The notes under the pieces: model-generated
Databases searched by the model: none
What the model saw: the letters and a program-made list of their open reading frames with translations, nothing else
What the model was told of the DNA's origin: nothing
Position numbers and translations under genes: made by a program
Virus record (IMG/VR): IMGVR_UViG_3300029705_000041
Origin: a virus
Lineage: Duplodnaviria; Caudoviricetes
DNA length: 64,000 nucleotides
Direction: 5' to 3' (one strand)
Shown here: positions 38,271-48,200 of the stretch, one piece after another
How positions within the stretch are numbered: position 1 is the stretch's first letter
How the letters are laid out: every line of letters starts with the position of its first letter

Positions 38271-38927
38271 TTATTTTAAATTACTATATCTATTAAGAAA
38301 TACTAAAACTTCTTGTCTTGTGCAAACATCATGAAGCTTTAAATTTCCTGTATCGTCACCTTTTAAAATACCGTTATTTTTCGCCCATTCAACCGCTTCT
38401 GTAGCCCAAGTATCAGGTGTGTTATCTAATGTTATGTTACTCATAATAGTTTCCTCCTTAATAATGTCGAATTGGTTTAAATTATATGTTTCAATTAAAT
38501 TGATTAATTTGTCTGCATATGTAGGGTCTGTTGCGTACCCTGCTGCATGAATAGCTTTACAAGCCTTTTTATAATCAGTTTCTCCAATAACATTTTTATA
38601 TCTTGATAATCCGCAAAGTAATGCACTATGGTCATTAATGCTTTCTTCCCAACTGTCATAAGCTCTAAAAGAAGCATCAATTGTTACGAATGTAGAACCA
38701 TCATAACATTCTTTGGTTTTTGCATTATAAACTTTGCCTTTCCAAGAAGTACCAGCTTTAATTCCAAACAAAGCTTTGCCAACAGTAGATAAAGAACTTT
38801 TTCCCCAACCACTTTCTAATATCGCTTGTGCGATAGTTAAACTTGCCAAAACTCTAGTTTTCTTCATATCCTTTTGTGCTAATGTGCCAATTTGATTAAT
38901 AAATTCCATTTGTGAATTACTAGCCAT
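38271..38927 (-). CDS. endolysin: GH73 glucosaminidase + SLH-like tail
   Basis: AQAILESGWG, LFGIKA, FRAY, GYATDP.YA. Confidence 0.9.
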   Translation of the reverse strand: MASNSQMEFINQIGTLAQKDMKKTRVLASLTIAQAILESGWGKSSLSTVGKALFGIKAGTSWKGKVYNAKTKECYDGSTFVTIDASFRAYDSWEESINDHSALLCGLSRYKNVIGETDYKKACKAIHAAGYATDPTYADKLINLIETYNLNQFDIIKEETIMSNITLDNTPDTWATEAVEWAKNNGILKGDDTGNLKLHDVCTRQEVLVFLNRYSNLK

Positions 38928-38953
38928 AGTATCACCGTCCTATCTTGTATAAC

Positions 38954-38987
38954 AAAAAAGCCAGCCACACAAAAAGTGTGACTGACC
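38954..38987 (-). terminator. intrinsic terminator
   Basis: Minus strand GTCAGTCACAC-ttttt-GTGTGGCTGGC followed by T6. Confidence 0.7.
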
Positions 38988-39006
38988 GTATAATGATTTA
39001 TTATTC

Positions 39007-39744
39007 TTAATTTTCAGAATTCAATAATGTAACCAATACCTCTGATTGATATTTTTCGGGTATTTCACAACCATATACAATAGCACTAATAGTATTAATA
39101 CTTCTCAAAGATGAAATATATAATTTCAATGAATTGTAGTATGTTGTATGATATGCAATGTGATTCTTTGCCTCTGTTATAATAATTAAAATATCTTCTA
39201 CCGAATAGTATTTACATGGCTCATTGTCTGCATGATATGGAATAGAAGTTTCTCCAGCAGAAACCATAGCTGAAAGTGTAGTTAAATTCAACTGGTCTTG
39301 TGTTGTAAGTGAAAAATGATAAGTCTCTCCATCAGATAAAACAACATCAATTCCATTCTCTATGGTTGACCTACAAGTGCTTTTCATTTCTTTTATTTTA
39401 GCATCTTTAATAAATGCTACTGTCATTTCTTCCGGAACTTCTTCTGTTGTGTTGTCAATAGGTTCTTCCGCTTCAATTTCTATTTTTTCGTTTGTTTCAA
39501 AAGCTGCTACAAGAGCATTATATTCTTCTTCGTCAATAGAAACTATGTCGGCGGCAACAAATTCAGTTGGGGCAGCAAATTGTAACATCCAATCCGCACG
39601 ATAAATAACTCCATTGCATATAATAGCTTCGGCAGAGGATTCGGATGCAAGCAAATACATCTTATGTAATAATTGATAACGAATTAAATCATCAGATGTT
39701 GCAACACCCAAAATAGTATTATCATTTACTATTTTATAATACAT
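39007..39744 (-). CDS. DUF4376-like tail-associated protein
   Basis: HFSLTTQDQLN, YHADNEPCKYYS, YHTTYYNSLK; overlaps the RT stop. Confidence 0.65.
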   Translation of the reverse strand: MYYKIVNDNTILGVATSDDLIRYQLLHKMYLLASESSAEAIICNGVIYRADWMLQFAAPTEFVAADIVSIDEEEYNALVAAFETNEKIEIEAEEPIDNTTEEVPEEMTVAFIKDAKIKEMKSTCRSTIENGIDVVLSDGETYHFSLTTQDQLNLTTLSAMVSAGETSIPYHADNEPCKYYSVEDILIIITEAKNHIAYHTTYYNSLKLYISSLRSINTISAIVYGCEIPEKYQSEVLVTLLNSEN

Positions 39745-40972
39745 TAATCAAACCTCCTCGCATATTAACTAATCTATATCCCATTAGTCTGTTTATATAT
39801 TTACACATACTTTGTAATGTTTTTCTGTGTTTTACATATTTAAGGTGTGATAACCAAGATTGAAAAGAAGCATACATTTCTTCAATGGTGCGAACTCCAT
39901 TTTTTATAAAGTTTATAAATTTCTTAATTTTTCTTCTCATTCTCACAATTCCTTTTCGTACAGGTCTGCGTATGATATTTCCATCTTTTGTGATGTTATA
40001 TTTTGTTTTTAAGAATTTAAAACCACGTGAAGCCTTGACAATGTGTGTTTTCTTTGTATTAAACTTTAAGCCGAGTTTTTCAACAATTTCACACATACCA
40101 GCATATAGTTCTTTTAGAAACTCCTTATCATCTGATATAATAACACCATCATCCATATATCTTATATAGTGTTTTACACTCATTTTGTCTTTTATGTAAT
40201 GGTCAAGGTCATTAGGAACTATCAAAGCCATCATTTGAGAAATTTGACTTCCGAGACAAATTCCGACATCTTCTCCGTTTTTATAATAAGACTTAATTAT
40301 CTTCATTATAATATCATTTAAGCCATTGTTAGATATATACTTATCCAACACATATCTACAAGAAGAATGAGGAATACTATCAAAGAATGATTTAAAATCA
40401 AATGTTAGTATATAAAAATCTGTACCATATTCCCGAATTGCAGATTTTAAATGCGAATACATTCTTCTCCTTGCAAAATCAATTCCCTTATCCTTGGTAC
40501 TTGCACCATTATCATAAATTAAATTGTCTTTTGCCGAAGGAACTATTGCATTATCACATAAAACACGTTGTATAATTCTATCTTCGATTGTTATCGGAAC
40601 GATAATCCTTTCTTTTCCTCTTTCATATAAAGATATTCTACTCGTATTTACAAGTTTAGGTAATTCTCCGTTTTCAATAACCTTAACTGTTGTGTACATA
40701 TTTTGAATGGCATATCTATTATATTTTTGAACGCTTCCTTTCCACATTACACTCTTATTACATTTATTTAATGCATCAACGAAATTTTGCATTTTAAAAA
40801 TATTGTCAACATTATATTTTTCAGCCTTTAGCTTTCGTTTCTCTAATTTTTTTGCTTTATCTCTGGCTATTCGAGCCTGTATTCTTTCTCTGTTATTTAT
40901 GGTAATATCCACCTCTGTTGTATATAAGTTAAATATAATATTCTCCGAATGGTTTATTTTATATATAGTCAT
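39734..40972 (-). CDS. DGR reverse transcriptase
   Basis: GKER, DRIIQ, DFKSFFDSI, GICLGSQISQ (DGR-type SQ), RYMDD, FKFL. Confidence 0.95.
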   Translation of the reverse strand: MTIYKINHSENIIFNLYTTEVDITINNRERIQARIARDKAKKLEKRKLKAEKYNVDNIFKMQNFVDALNKCNKSVMWKGSVQKYNRYAIQNMYTTVKVIENGELPKLVNTSRISLYERGKERIIVPITIEDRIIQRVLCDNAIVPSAKDNLIYDNGASTKDKGIDFARRRMYSHLKSAIREYGTDFYILTFDFKSFFDSIPHSSCRYVLDKYISNNGLNDIIMKIIKSYYKNGEDVGICLGSQISQMMALIVPNDLDHYIKDKMSVKHYIRYMDDGVIISDDKEFLKELYAGMCEIVEKLGLKFNTKKTHIVKASRGFKFLKTKYNITKDGNIIRRPVRKGIVRMRRKIKKFINFIKNGVRTIEEMYASFQSWLSHLKYVKHRKTLQSMCKYINRLMGYRLVNMRGGLINVL

Positions 40973-41188
40973 TCAACCATGTGATTATGGGTATGAAAAT
41001 TAAACTGACTATCAAGTTTAATCCATGCAAGTAGCTTCAACCCAGCTTCATCGGACTGCTATTATAGCAGGACAATCTTAAAGCAGAAAGTCGCAATATT
41101 TACCCTTTCGGGAAGGACAAACACTCCTTCAAGTGATGTTGTTGAATATTCATTTTTCACCCTCATTTTGTGGTTACTGTCATCAAAT

Positions 41189-41315
41189 GAATCAGGGGCA
41201 AACGCCATTAGCATTGCTGGCGTTGTTGTTGTTGTTGTTACCTGTGTTGTTGACATTGTAGAAGTTAGTCGTGTTGGTAGCATTCGGAGAACGCTCCCAC
41301 CAGTTGTACGCACGA
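41189..41315 (-). repeat. DGR template repeat (TR), 127 bp
   Basis: AAC/AAT-rich copy of the VR, reading RAYNWWERSPNATNTTNFYNVNNTGNNNNNNASNANGVCP*F. Confidence 0.95.
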
Positions 41316-41358
41316 CAACACGATGGAAAATCAGTATTTGCCCTATAAATTTATATTT

Positions 41359-42153
41359 TTATTTTAATTCTTTAAATCGTTTAGCATCGCTTTGTTGCAA
41401 TGCACGTAATTTCTTTATTTCTTTTGTAAGCATATCAGACCATTCAATCATAATACGCTCACTATATTGCATAATATTGAAATATGTCAGCATCGGTCTA
41501 TTTGCCTGTTCAAGCCTTTGTATAGCAGTAGATATACATTTTCTCCGCCTCATATATTCATCATGTGTTTCCGGTATTTTTCGATTTGCTTTTACAACTT
41601 GGTATAAGGCATCATCCATTAAATTAATTAGCATGGCAGAAGAAGTATATTTCAAACTATTACTGCCATGCATAACCTTTGTATGTGTGTATCTATTTAA
41701 CTTTACCATATTACTCATAAACTCTGCCCGATTGATATAATCCCAATTTAATACCAAAAATGATTTATGAGGATGCTTTTTATCTTCCGGTAAAAGACCA
41801 TTCAATAGTGCTTCTTCATTTTCTATCATATCCGCTATTCTCCTTATCTTTTTACTTTCAACTCCCTCAATAATTTGATATATCATTAATGGCTTTTCAA
41901 ATTCAGATAAAGTATCTATCGCAGAAGATATTAAATCATATTTTTCATCAAGTTTACCTTTAAAATATCCGTAAGATATTTGTGAAATATTATCAAACAT
42001 CTTATTCATAACATCACATATAGGTTTTGCAATATATTCCTGTTTTCTTTTAGGAACTCTTTTCATACGAGTAGCAAGTTCCTTGTAAATTAAATTAAAT
42101 GTATTATCATATTCATATGATGATTGATTTCGTAAAGCCTTAACTACTGACAT
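41359..42153 (-). CDS. avd: Avd-like accessory protein, apparent tandem two-domain form
   Basis: Lies between VR and TR; two ~130-aa helical halves each resembling Avd (MSVVKALR..., ...ANRKIP...RRR...WSDML..E.K.L....SD.KRF). Confidence 0.72.
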   Translation of the reverse strand: MSVVKALRNQSSYEYDNTFNLIYKELATRMKRVPKRKQEYIAKPICDVMNKMFDNISQISYGYFKGKLDEKYDLISSAIDTLSEFEKPLMIYQIIEGVESKKIRRIADMIENEEALLNGLLPEDKKHPHKSFLVLNWDYINRAEFMSNMVKLNRYTHTKVMHGSNSLKYTSSAMLINLMDDALYQVVKANRKIPETHDEYMRRRKCISTAIQRLEQANRPMLTYFNIMQYSERIMIEWSDMLTKEIKKLRALQQSDAKRFKELK

Positions 42154-42184
42154 ATTTCCTCCTTTGAGTTCAGTTTAAGATATA

Positions 42185-42205
42185 AGGGCGGTGGCAAGCC
42201 GCCCT
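42185..42205. other. GC-rich hairpin downstream of the VR (DGR target-recognition cruciform)
   Basis: AGGGCGG-tggcaag-CCGCCCT, about 22 bp past the target stop. Confidence 0.8.
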
Positions 42206-42227
42206 ATGATAAATAAGTATAAGTCGC

Positions 42228-45200
42228 TTACGCTCCGATAGAGAAGCAGGGGCAAACGCCACCAGCATAGCTGGCGCCGTAGTAGCTGCCGTTGCCACCT
42301 GTGCTGCCGACACTGCAGAAGGTAGTCGCGCCGGTAGCAACCGGAGAACGCTCCCACCAGCTGTACGCACGAATCCATAAACCACCGTCATCAGCTTCAA
42401 TAAAATAAGTTTCATCGGCAGTATGATTATATAGCTCACGTGTTTCTGCATCCTCATATATATAAACAGCAGTATTGTTCTTCCATACATCTCCAGATTT
42501 AACTGTAAATAATGTAGTTGGGTCTGATACAGATACTGTTGCTCCTGCCGTTGCGGTTGCGGCATAGTATGTCGCATCTTCCGGAACGATTCTGCCTATG
42601 AATTTTGCTCTAAATATATCAGAGTTTGCAACCAATGTGTTGCCGTACAAACCTTCTCTTACGTAAGGTTCGCCGCTGCCGCCAACTTCTCGCAATGATG
42701 GTAAATAAATATAATCATCATCTGAACGAACTGGTGTGCTTGCGCTGTTTCCTGCTGCATTACCAACATTGGCGTAAGTCTTAACTCTCTTAATTAATGA
42801 CCTTAATTGAACAGGTAAACCACGATAAAAACGACCCATTTCACCAGCGTACTTTTCACTTGTTCCAACAGTATAAGTATCTTTAGAACAATCACTGTGT
42901 TCTGGATTCAAGAATTTTCTCATTTGAGTATCATGCCAACCAGAATATGTGTAATATCCATCTCCGGCACTTCCACCAGAAGTAGAGTAGTTATAATTAC
43001 CAACATTCATTCTATGTGTATGCATAAGCAGTCCTTCAAACATAAAAGATACGGATGATGTTTTAAGAGCATTATCGGATAATGCATATCTTCCTGTGAC
43101 ATCGCCATCAGAAGAAGCAACCCTAATAACAACATTTTCAGTAGTCCAATCACAAATACTCCTTGCAACTGAATCACCAAGGTCATCAAACCATATTTTA
43201 CACTTATGAATAAATCCTTTTCCGAAAGCACCAAATCCAGAACTTGATTCTGCGCCACCAATTACAAGTTTTCCAGCACCAATACTTGAATTTGTTAATG
43301 TTGAAATTGTTTTACTGTCAGTAAAAGCAACAGGGGCATTAGTCGAAGGTGTTGTTGCAAGGTTAAATGAATATGTATATAGTTTATCTTCGCCCTTAAT
43401 ATGACGAATTACTAACATATTTCTGTTTTTAGCATTTCCAACAATATTATAGGCGCTTCCAAAGTCAAGCCTATGACCACCGCTGTATTGTAGCCTCAAA
43501 GGAATGCTATTATTAGTTGTATCAGATACAGATAAGAGAGTAGAAGTTAAACTTGTTGCTGTATATTCATAATCTAAACATAATGTAAATGATTTATCTT
43601 TATCTCCGAACAATTCAACAACATTTCCATCTCCATCGGTTACTTCATATGCTGTAAATCCATCGAAATAAGTTGACTCCGAAATAATATCAATTTCTTC
43701 AACATTACTAAACGAATAATCGTTACCCATTCTGAATGTTTTTCTGTCTCCACCTTTAATATAATTGTTTATAGAAAGAGGATAGCCAGCACAAATTCGA
43801 TATATATCAGTCCATGAGGCATTATTTAGATATTCTGTATCTGAATCATCTCTAGTAACAGGAGCATTAGAAACTAAATCCCAAAGAGCAGTTACTGTCA
43901 TATCACTAGTTACATAGCCAGTAGACTTATTCCAGCCTTTGAATAAATAGAATCTCAATGAACTCTCAACAGCAGTATATGTTGGAATTCCATCTGCTGA
44001 AGGCATAAAATCCCATACTGCTTCCGAACCATAAGATACGGTTTGTGTTTTAAGAGTTGTACCAAATCCATCAACCCATGTTACTGTAAATTCTCTTTCG
44101 ACAGCAGTGTACTGTGCTTTATAAGTAATTGTGTGACCTACATTTGTGGCAAAGTTGGTTGCACTTTCAGGATAGGTAACATCACTTGATACATCTTTCC
44201 AATTTTTAAATGTATAGATATATCTTTCATCCATTGGTTTTACAGGTGTTGTATAATCGTCAAAATAATTTTTAGGATTGACAACGGTGCCGCCGGCATC
44301 TACCCATTCTGTAAATAAAATAGTTATTTCATCATCATCTATAAACTTAATTTCATGCTGTTCAATGTAAGTGTTATATGCAATTGTAAGGTCGTTACCC
44401 CAAATATCTAAATATTCAATCTCTTTTGATTGTTTTAGTGTTGGAATAAATACATATCCTGTAAATACAGATTTAGACTGATTATATCCATTAGCATTAT
44501 AACCAGCAAGAAGTTTTATATCATCAAGTATAGATGCAGTATCATTGTCGAGAATCCAATACATATTAGTTAATCTGATACGTTCAATATTATCGCACGC
44601 TTGATATAAAGCTAAAGCGTTAATACACGCCATATCAGAAGAAGCATTTAAAGATGCCTGATATGTATTGTCCATATTTTCTACAATTAACTGTTTAAGA
44701 TTTGTATTACCTTCAAAAGTAAGAGTATCACTAACATCTTCTTTGCCATAGTAAAGTTTTGTTAAATTCTTTGCTATTAATGCCCCTATATCATTTAGCT
44801 CGGCTTTTTCAACCATTCCACCAGTTGCAAACGTTATACCCGAACATTGTGTTCCTGTTGTATAAACTTCTTTTAACGCTTGGCAGTTTGAAAGGTCAAG
44901 CGCAGAATTAAACGAAGCGCAATTACGTAAATCAAGAATTTCTAATAAAGTATTCGCAGAAACATCTATACCATTACCAGCCTCAGAACTACCAAATGAA
45001 GTATTAATATAATCCTCATCAGCCGAACCAACATATAATTCTGTAAGTTTAGTAGCAGGAGAGAAGTTAGCATATCCTATATGTAATGAAGCTAGACCAT
45101 TAATTTTTTGAATAAGTGAAGCACTAAAAATATAAGTTTCTGTATCATTAAGAGTAAGATGAGTTAAATCAACTACAACCTTTTCACCTCTCATAGCTCT

Positions 45201-48200
45201 TTGTGTAATTCTTGTTGAACCAGCTTGAACAGCGACATAGACAGAAGCATAAGGAATGATTTCAAGTACACCACCTGAATATGAACGAACTGTAATAGCC
45301 GCAGAACTTCCTGTTGCAGCACTACCATTATATTTAGATGAACAATACAACTCTTGGTATGTTTCAAATAATGTTCTTTGTAATTCTTTCAAGCCATACA
45401 TCATTGCAAAATATGCAGAGTTTGAAGTATATCCACCTAATGTATTTGGATTTTCATAAGGTCTGATATATTTTCTTCTTGCATCAAACATTTGTAAGCG
45501 TCTACATTTAACACTTTGATATGCTTTAAATTTATTGATAATACGAGTGGAATCCCAGGCACCCTTAGATTCGAGAGTTTTAAATAATGCTGCCAAATCA
45601 TCGTACATATTTTCTCTGACATTCGCCCATAAAGTACAAGAATCAGCATCGCCAATGATAGATGCACCATTATATACATTACCATCGCCAATCTTATCAA
45701 TATCTTCCATACCAAAAGTCAAAGTAAGATTACCTTCATTATTATTTCCATCCGCCGTATCGTTATCATAGTCAAAAACTAAATCCCAATGAATACCATC
45801 AGATGTATGCCAGAAAGTATTTTTAGCTCGGTTATCAACCATAGTATGTCTTTCAGTAAACAAATAATGATAAAGAATACTATCCTTAATCATATATTCT
45901 TCAAATTCATTAACAAACTTAGCTTGTCTATATTCTGCACTATCTACAGTATAAGTAGTTTCACCATATGTTACAGATTCTTCGAGTGTCGCATTTGTTG
46001 CAGCTGCTGTATCAGTAGAAGCAATAAATGTGTAAAGTCTTTTGAAACTGTCAATAAGACTCGTTTTATGCTCATCCTCTGTCCACACTTTACCATTCTT
46101 GTCGGTTAAGCCAAAATCTTCTGGGTATCTAAATTCAACGGAGTTATGCCAACCAACTTCCATTTGTGCATCAGTTGCATCACCCCAACCTTCCCAATTG
46201 AAAATTGTGTCATAATCTGCAAGACCATTTGCCTTAAACGATGTTCCATCGTGCTTAAACAAACAAATTCTGTCAGTATTATTTGCAATTTCAACAATAC
46301 ATTCGTTAGGATTTGTTTTGTCCATACCCATAGCAGCATGGTTTTTCTTTGAGTTACCAAAGTCACCACAAGAATAGAAGTGATAGTTGGTATCAGCAAA
46401 CTCCTTATGTGTACTAATATCAGGATTTGACTCTCTAACAAAGATTACACAAGGATGGAATTCCATAGTGTCTCTAACTTTACTATTAGCCAATCTTGCT
46501 GCTCTTATGTAAGGTTGGAATGTATTGTAATCATCTGCAAGACACGCATTATTTGCATTTTCAGATGAAGCAACATTAACTTTGATATTAAAATAATTAA
46601 CACCAATAGAATTTTCTGTCATTGAATATGTATCAGAAGTTTTGCCATCATTAAATACAAAACCATTTGAACACTTAATATCCAAATTTCTCGAAGATGC
46701 GCCATACTGTTCGGATGAAGTACCTTGTCCTTTTAAAGTTATGCCTGATGCAGTCCAAGTGTGTGCTGCACCTCCAGCTGGATATATATGCTGAACCGAA
46801 CAATCATATAATACATTGCCTTCGCTATCTTTTAATGCTGTAACAGAATCTTTTTTACCTGTTGTAAACCTTGGACAGTCGATAAGGATAACTCTCATAT
46901 CAGGAAGAATTGCATTTATCTTAGTGTAATCTAATTCGCCATCATCATTTAAAATATTATTCTTGTTATATCTGTCAGCCATTTCTGTTGCATCAGGAGC
47001 ATCAGCAATATAGTTTGCAATAAGGTCTGTGTCAGACAAATGAGTTCTATATGCCTTTAATCTATAAATCCACACATCACAGTTATCAGAACCAAAAATA
47101 ATAGGTGCTTGTGTTGACTGCATAAATGCATCTGTCGCACTGTAAAGTTTAGGCTGAGTATAATCACCATCAAGCAAACAGAATATTTCAGAGAATCCAC
47201 CTGAATTTTCGTCAGGTGTAATATTCCACTCAAATTCCATATATGTATCATCACAATACGGTACTTTTACTTTTTCTGCTGCCGAACCAGTACGTAAATA
47301 AGCATTAGTTGCTGTCATTTTCATACCGATGTTTCCGGACATACAAGACATTACCTCTGCCTCTAAATCTCTACAGTTGGTTGCTTTATAAATAAGTTTA
47401 AAATTCATACCAGTCTGCTTAATATCATCATCGCCAATAGGGAAGAACAAAGGATAATTAAGTGACATTGTAGTACCGGCTTTAACGCAGAAATAAGAAT
47501 TTCCATCTTTATCTGTTTTCCAACCACCATTAGTCCAGTCAAAATTATCTGATACACTCATTGTATATCCATTATTAGTATAGGTTGCAAAGTTGGTATC
47601 ACTATTGCTTCTTCCAGAAGGATTAAAGTCAAATGCTTTACCAGAAACTTCATTTATATCATACGGAAATTTATTAATAGTTATAGGAATTTCTTTTGTT
47701 GTAGCGCCACAAGTAAAGACTATAACTTTATTCCCATAACTAGTTGGTTTGTAAGCCCAAGACTGTGCTGTTCTATCCACACTAACTGTTGTTGAACTAT
47801 CAAGCGTTCTAATTTCCTCACTGACACTATAAACAGAAATATTAACATTCGCTGTTTGTGAGGCGGGATTATAAACAAAATAATCCAATGTTAAAGCAGA
47901 ATATTGTTCTCCATTATCGCCATTATAAGCACAACCAATTACTGGCGCTGTTTCTTCTGAATCTATATACATAATATCAAAATATAATATATCAGAAGTG
48001 ATTGGAATTTCGTTGACTGTTGCAGTACAATATACCCTTAAAGAATGAGAACCGTGTCCTAAATCTTCTTTTGGAATAATAAGCGATTGAGCAACACCAC
48101 TTGAAGTGTATGCCTTTGAAAAATAAGGCTCATCCTCATTATCAAGATAAATATATACCGTTTTTTCAATGCCAGAGCCATTAGGTGTAAATCTAAATGT

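Larger units (their letters stand above)
39734..42372 (-). mobile_element. diversity-generating retroelement cassette (VR-hairpin-avd-TR-RT)
   Basis: All canonical components are present in order; TR/VR mismatches occur only at TR adenines. Confidence 0.96.

Noticed and set aside
39734-40972. RT as a group II intron, retron or Abi RT
   Set aside because: The SQ motif, lack of maturase/endonuclease domains and the adjacent TR/VR/avd identify it as a DGR RT
41062-41740. ORFs 41062..41313 (-) and 41168..41740 (+) across the TR
   Set aside because: By-products of the stop-poor AAC-rich TR and the avd antisense strand
42170-42577. Alternative-frame ORFs over the VR
   Set aside because: The GC-rich VR lacks stops; the true frame is the 2436-aa target
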